Source: Chiloscyllium plagiosum
Lineage: Eukaryota
Direction: 5' to 3'
DNA: 59,104 bases
Assembly (NCBI RefSeq): GCF_004010195.1
Contig: NC_057760.1
Location: 2,378,295-2,437,398, forward strand
Shown here: piece after piece, positions 34,480 through 47,636 of the stretch
How positions within the stretch are numbered: the first letter of the stretch is position 1
How the letters are laid out: every line of letters begins with the position of its first letter
Program-made: the position numbers and the translations under genes
The notes under the pieces: generated by a model
Databases searched by the model: none
What the model was told of the DNA's origin: nothing
Seen by the model: the letters and a program-made list of their open reading frames with translations, nothing else

Positions 34480-37400
34480 AGCAGGTTATAGTCCCACAGG
34501 TTTAAATCGGAAGCACACTTGCTTTCGGAGCTAGTGTGCTTCCAAATACACCTATCTGACTATAACCTGGTGTTGTGTGATTTTTTAACTTTGTCCACCC
34601 CAGTCCAACACCGGCATCTCCAAGTCACACAGACAGACAGAGTCACACCCACAACACTCTCTCCTGCGCTCTCATCTCCTCGGAGCCCTGTGGGCTGGTG
34701 CTATGGAACTGTGGCTCCGCAAGTCTTTCCTTCCATCCACCCATAACCCCAACGTTTTGGGTGGGTTTGTCTGTCTCTGCCTGTGGGTGTAGGTGGGGTT
34801 AGGAGCTCTAATCAGCTGAGCTGTACATCGACAGTTCATTACCGTTTACTTCGGATCAGAAACAACTGATTTACAATGAACCTGTTCAGAGATGGAATTG
34901 CGCACGTGTGGATTCGAGCCCAGGCTGCCTGGTCCACGGGTAGGGACACTACCACTGCACCACAAGAGGCAAGTTTAACCTATTTTACTAATCAACGTAT
35001 TCAGTCACACTATTCAAGTCAAGTCACCATAGTCTAACCAGCCCACGGGGTGACGGGTGGTGATTTAACCAGAGGGTGAGGTGGTGGTAAAGTCCCAGCT
35101 GCTGTGGGAAATCAAACCCACATCGTCAGCCTTACACTGCCCTGCAAACCAACCGTCCAGCCAACTGAGCTAAACCGACACGTGCACCTCTTCAGCAGGT
35201 GGGAATTGAACCTGGGGCCTCCTGGTCCGGGAGGGGGGGGGGGGGGGGGGGGGTACGGACACTACCAGAGGGCCCCACTGAAAGACAGTAGCCTTTGGCT
35301 ACAAGCACCTGGTCAGGGGCTGGAAGTGAAGCTGACTCCATCAGACAGGGAAACAGAGGACGGTGCAGGCTTTAATTAAAGTTGTGTGGTGACCCTGGGG
35401 CCTGATCAATTTGGGCACTTGCCCCAGTGGGGGCTCACATTTGTCGTTACCCAGCATCCCCCTGGCCCCCTTACCCTCCCCAATGTATCTCTGTTACTCA
35501 CAGACACCGTCTCCCCTCTGGCTGGACTGGGGGGGGTGCCCTTCCCCCCCACCTGACATATCCAACCCTTCCCCAGGCTGAAACGCCTCACCATCCCCAC
35601 CCCCGACACGCAGTCTCAGGCGTTCCCCCACGCCCCTCCCCCAAACCCGACTTTTGAGTGGGGACTCCTTCCTCTATTGATCCCTGCCTGTTCACAACCA
35701 GCACCTTGCGCTTTCACGTGGAGGTAACAGCGCGCACGGTCTGACCAAGGGGGGGCGAGGGGCGGTGCAGATTGGACACCACTCCCCACACCGCCCACAC
35801 CGCCCCAACCCAGGGAAGCCCGCGGTCGGCCCTTCCACACGGCGGTGGTAGCTCACTCAGCTGCCCGGGTGCACTGGGCAGCGCTGGCACTCACAGTTCT
35901 GTTTGGTGGGCAGGAGGCAGAGCCGCAAGTTGGCGAGGTGCTCCAGGATCTGTTCCAGGGTGAGCTGGGCCAACTTGCTGCTGGAGCTGCGTAAGCTGCG
36001 ATGAGAGAGAGAGAGAGAGAGAGAAACAACATGTAAACCACGGGGATGGAACCAACCCCCAGCTGTATTCTACGTGTGGTATCCATCCCCCGCCCACAAA
36101 AAGGTACAGATGCACTGGACACTGGACTGAAGTGCAATGGTTCACCAAGTTGGCCCTGTGACAAGGGGCGGCCTACAGGGAAAGGCTTAGTAAACTGGGC
36201 CGACAACACGGGGCCCCTACAGCAAGAGGCTGAGTAAACTGGGCCTACAACACGGGGCCCTACAGAGAGAGGCTGAGTAAACTGGGCCTACAACATGGTG
36301 CCCTACAGCGAGAGGCTGAGTAAATCGGGCCTACAACACAGGGCCCCTACAGCGAGAGGCTGAGTAAACCGGGCCTACAACACGGGGCCCCTACAGCGAG
36401 AGGCTGAATAAACCGGGCCTACAACACAGGGCCCCGACAGCGAGAGGCTGAGTAAATCGGGCCTACAACACAGGGCCCCTACAGCGAGAGGCTGAGTAAA
36501 CCGGGCCTACAACACAGGGCCCCTACAGCGAGAGGCTGAGTAAACCGGGCCTACAACACAGGGCCCCTACAGCAAGAGGCTGAGTAAACCGGGCCTACAA
36601 CACGGGGCCCTACAGAGAGAGGCTGAGTAAACTGGGCCTACAACACGGGGCCCCTACAGCGAGAGGCTGAGTAAACCGGGCCTACAACACGGGGCCCTAC
36701 AGAGAGAGGCTGAGTAAACTGGGCCTACAACACAGGGCCCCTACAGCGAGAGGCTGAGTAAACCGGGCCTACATCCTCGAGTATTAGCCGGGTGTGGTGG
36801 TGTCTGAGGGTAACAGGTTGCCAGTGTGAGACATGGAGGAATTTCTTCTGTTGGAGGGTTTTGGGTCTTTGGGAGTGTTTGTCACAGAGAGCTGTGGGGG
36901 CAACTCTTCGTGTATATTTAGGGCTGAGACAGAGAGAGATTCTTGATCAATTGGGGGTTATGGGGAAAGTGAGTGCGAGGAATGTTGATCCTACCGAAAG
37001 ATGGAGCAGGATCGAGGGACCGAATGGCCTGGTCCTATCCTTGACTGTTTTATTGAGGACTCAGGAGGAGTGAGTTGTATGAGTTCCTGACCCCAGATGG
37101 CTGCGGATGTCTGGTCTTTTATTAAACTGGAGGCTGGCTCCAGGGGAAATGTGGATTTGATGCCCAGGGCGAGCGGACAGGTCGAGTGGAATGGTCTACC
37201 AAGTTCGGCGTTCAGCTGCAGTGCTGCACAGTCAGAGGCACTGTCTTTCAGACAAGGCCTACTGACAAGGCCTACTCAAAAGGCCTCGAGTGGGGGGACG
37301 ATCTATCCCTCAGAACACCGGCATAATCGCCTGAGAATGCTGGAGAATCTCAGCAGGGGATTCCGGTGGCGCTTATGGAGGGAGAGACCGAGGGTAACGT

Positions 37401-40400
37401 GGTCAAGTCTGGTCAGTCCAGGTGACGCACTCACTCAGGAGTAGTACTGCAGCTCCGTGCCTGCCCGCAGGGATGGCGGTGTCCAGCAGAGGGCAGGCTC
37501 GTCCTGCCTCCCTCCACAGCTGAGCAGGAAGCTGGAGAACACTATAGAGCCTGAGCAGAGAGACTGCGGTGATCGTTTCAAAACCCACCCACCCCCACCC
37601 CCAGCCACCCTGTTACAGCCATCAGCTGCACCGACTCCAAACACACAGCAGTCAGTCTCCCCGCGCAGCAGCGTGACTGGGGGAGGCACTCCACTCAAGA
37701 CAAATGGCTCATACCCTCCAGGCTGCAACGCCAGCCCAAGGACTGAAAGTTCCCACATCACTAGGCCTGCCCTGGCAGGTAGCGTGACTTCTACTGAGGA
37801 GTGAGCTAGCAGAGAACAGGCCGTTCTGCCCATCTAGCCTCCCCTAACATCTCCGATGGGGGTGACCTGAACCCAGTCTTTCCTGCCGATCCCTTGGTTA
37901 TTGTCCACTCCCTTTGTCCACTGACTCAGGGAGCCTGCCCCTGCTGGTGGGAGGGGGGAGGGGGACCTGGTTATTGAGCAGCCACCTTTGTTCAGCCAGC
38001 AGGACATACCCACCGTCCCCGACTCTAACCTCAGCACAAACAAACCACCTCTTACTGAGCTCCTTTCAAGGGAAGATCTACAACGTAAACATCACAGTAA
38101 CCCAGTGGGAGTCAGGGACTTGAGAAAGTCAGCATAGAGCTCAGGACGGTTCTGTACCTTTAAGGGGACGCCCCGGTAAGGGGGGGGGGGACTGTACCTT
38201 TAAGGGGACGCCCCGGTAAGGGGGGGGAACCTGTACCTTTAAAGGGACACTCCACAAACACCCACTCCCTCGTCCCCCTGACGCTCAGTCACAGCAGTGT
38301 ACACCATCTACCAGATGCACTGCAGCAACTCACCAAGGGCCCTGAGAGAGCACCTTCCAAACCCACTGCTGCCATCATCTCCAAAGACCCGGAGAGCAGA
38401 TAGATCGGAACACCCACCCCTGCAAACTGCCCTCGGAACCCCCCCCGCCGACACCATCCTGACTCAGAAACGCTGCACCGTTCCTCCAGGGTCACTGGGT
38501 CAAACGCCCGTCCCCGCAATCAGCAGCGTGTACAGCCCCGGTCACTGTCCACCCAGGAGGTTTTGCTCGAGAGCTCCCTGGGATGAGTGAGGAAAGGTCG
38601 CACAGATGGGGACTGGGCCCTCTGGGGCTGAACAAGTGGATTAAAGCACAGAGGATGCTGACGGGAGGTGGGCAGACCAGAGCAGAACGCGGGGAAAACA
38701 TCGTTTGAAAACAAGGGGGTGCCCATCGAGGACAGAGACGGGGCAAGATTTATCTCCCCTGAGGGCGGAGTGCCTTCGGAAATCAAAGCAGTGGGTGCTG
38801 AACCTCCCACCATTTTTAAAGGGGCAGGCAGATTGGTTATTAATAACCAGAGATTATCGGGGGTGGGGGGGGAATGGGGGAGATAATGCAGGAATCTGTG
38901 GTCAGATCTGCGGTGAACGGATTGGTTAGGAGAGCAGGCTCCAGTGGCTGACTGGCCTCCTCTTGCTCACTGAATATGGGTGAAGTCGCAGCACCCAGAC
39001 AGCAGGGTCTCCAAACCCACACCCCACAGTCGCCACCCTCCCCCCCTCTCTGCCAGGGGCTGAGTGGCACAGAGCTACCCCGACCAGTGCCCCCGTTGCT
39101 GCCCCTCACCTCTGGCGTTTTCGGGGCAGGCTGTTGTTCTTGATGAGCAGGGCTTTGATTTGCTCGGCCAGCGTGTCATCGTACTTCATGGACCACTGCC
39201 GCAGGATGCTGGTGGGGAAATGGTCATCAGGGTGGCAGGGGCGACTCATCACCATCTTCACCATCTCCTCAGTGGGCCTGCCCACGGACGGGGGAGGGAG
39301 AAACAGACAACCTCACTAATCCCAAAGCAGCACGGGGGAGGCCAGCGCGGACCCTCCGACAGCGCGGACCCTCCGACAGCGCGGACCCTCCGACAGCGCG
39401 GGCGCTCCCTCAGCGCGGACCCTCCGACAGCGCGGCGCTCCCTCAGCGCGGACCCTCCGACAGCGCGGGCGCTCCCTCAGCGCGGACCCTCCGACAGCGC
39501 GGCGCTCCCTCAGCGCGGACCCTCCGACAGCGCGGCGCTCCCTCAGCGCGGACCCTCCGACAGCGCGGCGCTCCCTCAGCGCGGACCCTCCGACAGCGCG
39601 GCGCTCCCTCAGCGCGGACCCTCCGACAGCGCGGCGCTCCCTCAGCGCGGACCCTCCGACAGCGCGGCGCTCCCTCAGCGCGGACCCTCCGACAGCGCGG
39701 CGCTCCCTCAGCGCGGACCCTCCGACAGCGCGGCGCTCCCTCAGCGCGGACCCTCCGACAGCGCGGCGCTCCCTCAGCGCGGACCCTCCGACAGCGCGGC
39801 GCTCCCTCAGCGCGGACCCTCCGACAGCGCGGCGCTCCCTCAGCGCGGACCCTCCGACAGCGCGGCGCTCCCTCAGCGCGGACCCTCCGACAGCGCGGCG
39901 CTCCCTCAGCGCGGACCCTCCGACAGCGCGGCGCTCCCTCAGCGCGGACCCTCCGACAGCGCGGCGCTCCCTCAGCGCGGACCCTCCGACAGCGCGGCGC
40001 TCCCTCAGCGCGGACCCTCCGACAGCGCGGCGCTCCCTCAGCGCGGACCCTCCGACAGCGCGGCGCTCCCTCAGCGCGGACCCTCCGACAGCGCGGCGCT
40101 CCCTCAGCGCGGACCCTCCGACAGCGCGGCGCTCCCTCAGCGCGGACCCTCCGACAGCGCGGCGCTCCCTCAGCGCGGACCCTCCGACAGCGCGGCGCTC
40201 CCTCAGCGCGGACCCTCCGACAGCGCGGCGCTCCCTCAGCGCGGACCCTCCGACAGCGCGGCGCTCCCTCAGCGCGGACCCTCCGACAGCGCGGCGCTCC
40301 CTCAGCGCGGACCCTCCGACAGCGCGGCGCTCCCTCAGCGCGGACCCTCCGACAGCGCGGCGCTCCCTCAGCGCGGACCCTCCGACAGCGCGGCGCTCCC

Positions 40401-43400
40401 TCAGCGCGGACCCTCCGACAGCGCGGCGCTCCCTCAGCGCGGACCCTCCGACAGCGCGGCGCTCCCTCAGCGCGGACCCTCCGACAGCGCGGCGCTCCCT
40501 CAGCGCGGACCCTCCGACAGCGCGGCGCTCCCTCAGCGCGGACCCTCCGACAGCGCGGCGCTCCCTCAGCGCGGACCCTCCGACAGCGCGGCGCTCCCTC
40601 AGCGCGGACCCTCCGACAGCGCGGCGCTCCCTCAGCGCGGACCCTCCGACAGCGCGGCGCTCCCTCAGCGCGGACCCTCCGACAGCGCGGCGCTCCCTCA
40701 GCGCGGACCCTCCGACAGCGCGGCGCTCCCTCAGCGCGGACCCTCCGACAGCGCGGCGCTCCCTCAGCGCGGACCCTCCGACAGCGCGGCGCTCCCTCAG
40801 CGCGGACCCTCCGACAGCGCGGCGCTCCCTCAGCGCGGACCCTCCGACAGCGCGGCGCTCCCTCAGCGCGGACCCTCCGACAGCGCGGCGCTCCCTCAGC
40901 GCGGACCCTCCGACAGCGCGGCGCTCCCTCAGCGCGGACCCTCCGACAGCGCGGCGCTCCCTCAGCGCGGACCCTCCGACAGCGCGGCGCTCCCTCAGCG
41001 CGGACCCTCCGACAGCGCGGCGCTCCCTCAGCGCGGACCCTCCGACAGCGCGGCGCTCCCTCAGCGCGGACCCTCCGACAGCGCGGCGCTCCCTCAGCGC
41101 GGACCCTCCGACAGCGCGGCGCTCCCTCAGCGCGGACCCTCCGACAGCGCGGCGCTCCCTCAGCGCGGACCCTCCGACAGCGCGGCGCTCCCTCAGCGCG
41201 GACCCTCCGACAGCGCGGCGCTCCCTCAGCGCGGACCCTCCGACAGCGCGGCGCTCCCTCAGCGCGGACCCTCCGACAGCGCGGCGCTCCCTCAGCGCGG
41301 ACCCTCCGACAGCGCGGCGCTCCCTCAGCGCGGACCCTCCGACAGCGCGGCGCTCCCTCAGCGCGGACCCTCCGACAGCGCGGCGCTCCCTCAGCGCGGA
41401 CCCTCCGACAGCGCGGCGCTCCCTCAGCGCGGACCCTCCGACAGCGCGGCGCTCCCTCAGCGCGGACCCTCCGACAGCGCGGCGCTCCCTCAGCGCGGAC
41501 CCTCCGACAGCGCGGCGCTCCCTCAGCGCGGACCCTCCGACAGCGCGGCGCTCCCTCAGCGCGGACCCTCCGACAGCGCGGCGCTCCCTCAGCGCGGACC
41601 CTCCGACAGCGCGGCGCTCCCTCAGCGCGGACCCTCCGACAGCGCGGCGCTCCCTCAGCGCGGACCCTCCGACAGCGCGGCGCTCCCTCAGCGCGGACCC
41701 TCCGACAGCGCGGCGCTCCCTCAGCGCGGACCCTCCGACAGCGCGGCGCTCCCTCAGCGCGGACCCTCCGACAGCGCGGCGCTCCCTCAGCGCGGACCCT
41801 CCGACAGCGCGGCGCTCCCTCAGCGCGGACCCTCCGACAGCGCGGCGCTCCCTCAGCGCGGACCCTCCGACAGCGCGGCGCTCCCTCAGCGCGGACCCTC
41901 CGACAGCGCGGCGCTCCCTCAGCGCGGACCCTCCGACAGCGCGGCGCTCCCTCAGCGCGGACCCTCCGACAGCGCGGCGCTCCCTCAGCGCGGACCCTCC
42001 GACAGCGCGGCGCTCCCTCAGCGCGGACCCTCCGACAGCGCGGCGCTCCCTCAGCGCGGACCCTCCGACAGCGCGGCGCTCCCTCAGCGCGGACCCTCCG
42101 ACAGCGCGGCGCTCCCTCAGCGCGGACCCTCCGACAGCGCGGCGCTCCCTCAGCGCGGACCCTCCGACAGCGCGGCGCTCCCTCAGCGCGGACCCTCCGA
42201 CAGCGCGGCGCTCCCTCAGCGCGGACCCTCCGACAGCGCGGCGCTCCCTCAGCGCGGACCCTCCGACAGCGCGGCGCTCCCTCAGCGCGGACCCTCCGAC
42301 AGCGCGGCGCTCCCTCAGCGCGGACCCTCCGACAGCGCGGCGCTCCCTCAGCGCGGACCCTCCGACAGCGCGGCGCTCCCTCAGCGCGGACCCTCCGACA
42401 GCGCGGCGCTCCCTCAGCGCGGACCCTCCGACAGCGCGGCGCTCCCTCAGCGCGGACCCTCCGACAGCGCGGCGCTCCCTCAGCGCGGACCCTCCGACAG
42501 CGCGGCGCTCCCTCAGCGCGGACCCTCCGACAGCGCGGCGCTCCCTCAGCGCGGACCCTCCGACAGCGCGGCGCTCCCTCAGCGCGGACCCTCCGACAGC
42601 GCGGCGCTCCCTCAGCGCGGACCCTCCGACAGCGCGGCGCTCCCTCAGCGCGGACCCTCCGACAGCGCGGCGCTCCCTCAGCGCGGACCCTCCGACAGCG
42701 CGGCGCTCCCTCAGCGCGGACCCTCCGACAGCGCGGCGCTCCCTCAGCGCGGACCCTCCGACAGCGCGGCGCTCCCTCAGCGCGGACCCTCCGACAGCGC
42801 GGCGCTCCCTCAGCGCGGACCCTCCGACAGCGCGGCGCTCCCTCAGCGCGGACCCTCCGACAGCGCGGCGCTCCCTCAGCGCGGACCCTCCGACAGCGCG
42901 GCGCTCCCTCAGCGCGGACCCTCCGACAGCGCGGCGCTCCCTCAGCGCGGACCCTCCGACAGCGCGGCGCTCCCTCAGCGCGGACCCTCCGACAGCGCGG
43001 CGCTCCCTCAGCGCGGACCCTCCGACAGCGCGGCGCTCCCTCAGCGCGGACCCTCCGACAGCGCGGCGCTCCCTCAGCGCGGACCCTCCGACAGCGCGGC
43101 GCTCCCTCAGCGCGGACCCTCCGACAGCGCGGCGCTCCCTCAGCGCGGACCCTCCGACAGCGCGGCGCTCCCTCAGCGCGGACCCTCCGACAGCGCGGCG
43201 CTCCCTCAGCGCGGACCCTCCGACAGCGCGGCGCTCCCTCAGCGCGGACCCTCCGACAGCGCGGCGCTCCCTCAGCGCGGACCCTCCGACAGCGCGGCGC
43301 TCCCTCAGCGCGGACCCTCCGACAGCGCGGCGCTCCCTCAGCGCGGACCCTCCGACAGCGCGGCGCTCCCTCAGCGCGGACCCTCCGACAGCGCGGCGCT

Positions 43401-46400
43401 CCCTCAGCGCGGACCCTCCGACAGCGCGGCGCTCCCTCAGCGCGGACCCTCCGACAGCGCGGCGCTCCCTCAGCGCGGACCCTCCGACAGCGCGGCGCTC
43501 CCTCAGCGCGGACCCTCCGACAGCGCGGCGCTCCCTCAGCGCGGACCCTCCGACAGCGCGGCGCTCCCTCAGCGCGGACCCTCCGACAGCGCGGCGCTCC
43601 CTCAGCGCGGACCCTCCGACAGCGCGGCGCTCCCTCAGCGCGGACCCTCCGACAGCGCGGCGCTCCCTCAGCGCGGACCCTCCGACAGCGCGGCGCTCCC
43701 TCAGCGCGGACCCTCCGACAGCGCGGCGCTCCCTCAGCGCGGACCCTCCGACAGCGCGGCGCTCCCTCAGCGCGGACCCTCCGACAGCGCGGCGCTCCCT
43801 CAGCGCGGACCCTCCGACAGCGCGGCGCTCCCTCAGCGCGGACCCTCCGACAGCGCGGCGCTCCCTCAGCGCGGACCCTCCGACAGCGCGGCGCTCCCTC
43901 AGCGCGGACCCTCCGACAGCGCGGCGCTCCCTCAGCGCGGACCCTCCGACAGCGCGGCGCTCCCTCAGCGCGGACCCTCCGACAGCGCGGCGCTCCCTCA
44001 GCGCGGACCCTCCGACAGCGCGGCGCTCCCTCAGCGCGGACCCTCCGACAGCGCGGCGCTCCCTCAGCGCGGACCCTCCGACAGCGCGGCGCTCCCTCAG
44101 CGCGGACCCTCCGACAGCGCGGCGCTCCCTCAGCGCGGACCCTCCGACAGCGCGGCGCTCCCTCAGCGCGGACCCTCCGACAGCGCGGCGCTCCCTCAGC
44201 GCGGACCCTCCGACAGCGCGGCGCTCCCTCAGCGCGGACCCTCCGACAGCGCGGCGCTCCCTCAGCGCGGACCCTCCGACAGCGCGGCGCTCCCTCAGCG
44301 CGGACCCTCCGACAGCGCGGCGCTCCCTCAGCGCGGACCCTCCGACAGCGCGGCGCTCCCTCAGCGCGGACCCTCCGACAGCGCGGCGCTCCCTCAGCGC
44401 GGACCCTCCGACAGCGCGGCGCTCCCTCAGCGCGGACCCTCCGACAGCGCGGCGCTCCCTCAGCGCGGACCCTCCGACAGCGCGGCGCTCCCTCAGCGCG
44501 GACCCTCCGACAGCGCGGCGCTCCCTCAGCGCGGACCCTCCGACAGCGCGGCGCTCCCTCAGCGCGGACCCTCCGACAGCGCGGCGCTCCCTCAGCGCGG
44601 ACCCTCCGACAGCGCGGCGCTCCCTCAGCGCGGACCCTCCGACAGCGCGGCGCTCCCTCAGCGCGGACCCTCCGACAGCGCGGCGCTCCCTCAGCGCGGA
44701 CCCTCCGACAGCGCGGCGCTCCCTCAGCGCGGACCCTCCGACAGCGCGGCGCTCCCTCAGCGCGGACCCTCCGACAGCGCGGCGCTCCCTCAGCGCGGAC
44801 CCTCCGACAGCGCGGCGCTCCCTCAGCGCGGACCCTCCGACAGCGCGGCGCTCCCTCAGCGCGGACCCTCCGACAGCGCGGCGCTCCCTCAGCGCGGACC
44901 CTCCGACAGCGCGGCGCTCCCTCAGCGCGGACCCTCCGACAGCGCGGCGCTCCCTCAGCGCGGACCCTCCGACAGCGCGGCGCTCCCTCAGCGCGGACCC
45001 TCCGACAGCGCGGCGCTCCCTCAGCGCGGACCCTCCGACAGCGCGGCGCTCCCTCAGCGCGGACCCTCCGACAGCGCGGCGCTCCCTCAGCGCGGACCCT
45101 CCGACAGCGCGGCGCTCCCTCAGCGCGGACCCTCCGACAGCGCGGCGCTCCCTCAGCGCGGACCCTCCGACAGCGCGGCGCTCCCTCAGCGCGGACCCTC
45201 CGACAGCGCGGCGCTCCCTCAGCGCGGACCCTCCGACAGCGCGGCGCTCCCTCAGCGCGGACCCTCCGACAGCGCGGCGCTCCCTCAGCGCGGACCCTCC
45301 GACAGCGCGGCGCTCCCTCAGCGCGGACCCTCCGACAGCGCGGCGCTCCCTCAGCGCGGACCCTCCGACAGCGCGGCGCTCCCTCAGCGCGGACCCTCCG
45401 ACAGCGCGGCGCTCCCTCAGCGCGGACCCTCCGACAGCGCGGCGCTCCCTCAGCGCGGACCCTCCGACAGCGCGGCGCTCCCTCAGCGCGGACCCTCCGA
45501 CAGCGCGGCGCTCCCTCAGCGCGGACCCTCCGACAGCGCGGCGCTCCCTCAGCGCGGACCCTCCGACAGCGCGGCGCTCCCTCAGCGCGGACCCTCCGAC
45601 AGCGCGGCGCTCCCTCAGCGCGGACCCTCCGACAGCGCGGCGCTCCCTCAGCGCGGACCCTCCGACAGCGCGGCGATACAAGGAGAGAGCAGCCTGTTTC
45701 CCCTGCTCTATCCCCCCCTCCTCCCACACACCGAAACAATACAAGCAGAGAGCAGCCTGTTTCCCCTGCTCTATCCCCCCTCACCCCCATAGCCCCCGAA
45801 CCGAAACAATACAAGCAGAGAGCAGCCTGTTTCCCCTGCTCTATCCCCCCTCACCCCCATAGCCCCCGAACCGAAACAATACAAGCCCTGCTCCTCAACA
45901 CCAGGATTGCCCACCCTGCTCTCAGTGATTGTGTGACCTACGGAAAAAGGTGGGACATTGTGGCTCCTGGGGGAGGGGGCTTTCCATAGATTGTTCCCCC
46001 GTGTTAATGTGGTAGGAGACAGACTGGGACCGAGGCTGTCACTTTCCCCCGCTCCCACCGCAGCAAGGAGCCTGTCGAGACTGAGTTGGCCCCGTGCCTA
46101 ACTGACTGACACCGCACTCGGGAGAGACGAGAGGGGGGGGGTGGGATGTTCGGGTATCCCCACCCACCTCGCCGGTAGCTGGGCTGGTCAGAGCCCTCTG
46201 CCAGCCGGCTGACTGCCTCCTGTTTAGTTTGGGGGTGGCTGGCCACATGCCCAGCTACAAGCGGTCTCCAGCCTGGGTGCAGTTACCGGGAACCGCTGGC
46301 CTGGCTGGTGCTGACTACACAAGAGCCGCGCCTCAAACTCTCACCGGATGGTCAGGAACACTGAAGCCCCAGAGACTGCCACGGGTAAACGGAATCCCAA

Positions 46401-47591
46401 GCACCCTGTACTGGCCCCGCTTCCAACAGGGATCCTGGGGCACTGCTGTGTGGCTGTGTTTGGCCAGACCACCTCCTGCTCCAGTGAAGGAACAGCGATA
46501 TACTTCCGGGTCTGGATGTGGGGTGGTGGGGGGGGAAGCTCTGAGGGGGAACCTGCACGGGGGTGGGGGTGATGTCCCTAGGTACCTGCTGCCCTTGTCC
46601 TTCGAGATGGTGGTGGCTACAGGTCTGACAGGATCTGTGGGGAATTTCTGCAGTGCATCTGGTCGATGGCACACTGCTGCAGAGTGCCAGGGGTGCAGGG
46701 AGGGCACGCTTGTGGGTGTGGTGCCAAATCAAGCTGGGCCGGTTTTGTCCCTGGATGGTGTTGAGCCTCTCGAGTGGTGTTGGGGCTGCTCCCACCCAGC
46801 CACCCAGCCAGGACAAGCTTGGGGGAGTGGGGAGTCAGTTCCCCGCTGCAGTATCCCCAGCCTCTGACCTGCTCTCGGAGGGGGGGGGGGGGGTTTCTGG
46901 TCAACTGTAAGCCCCAGGGTGATCAGTGGGAATGGGGGTCGGGCTGTCACAGCCTCCAGTCCTTCAGGATTCGCCAGCTGGTCTGAGCCACCCCAAAGGC
47001 ACCTCTCCTTGCCACCCCGTGTAGCTGAATGCCCAGGCATCGAACCCTTGGGTAAACAAGGAAGCAGGGTCACCTCCAGATCCCACTGCTGGGGGCTGCA
47101 GTCATTAACGTGGGCCTCCAAATACCCCCTCGATTCACTCCGCGTTTGAAAAGGTATGAAGTGCTATTCAGTTTGATCTTTCTGCTCTGGGCCGGGCTGG
47201 GGCACGTGGTGGTTGGAGGGAGCGGACGTGCTGAGCTCATACCACAACCCCCAGCTCGATTCTCGGGAACGTTGCCAAGGTCATGGCCTAACTGATAAAA
47301 GGGGAGGCTGCAGAATGATCCTGCCAGTGGCAAGTGAGGAGCCATCATTTAATAGAACACTTCAATTAAATCCAGAAAGCACTCCGAGCTGGGGCTGTCA
47401 AAGGTTTCCCGTGGTCAGCCAGGCCGCTGATTAAATTATACGCTGTAATTCATTCCCAGACACCCATTAGTCAGACCCACTCAGAGCCAGCGCTGACAAA
47501 TCACTGCTTCCCCAGAGCAGCCATCAATCTGCAGGGAACTGTGACTGTAATTAAAGAGACACTGTCACACAGACAAGGCAGAGGGGGACAG

Positions 47592-47636
<45 letters not shown>

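Noticed and set aside
39064..45814. Three ORFs of >2100 aa (PQRGPSDSAAL, RRAVGGSALRE and PRCRRVRAEGA repeats)
   Set aside because: They arise from a 33-bp unit (a multiple of 3) that lacks stops in five frames. They are open on both strands, have no synonymous variation and lie in an INTS3 intron.
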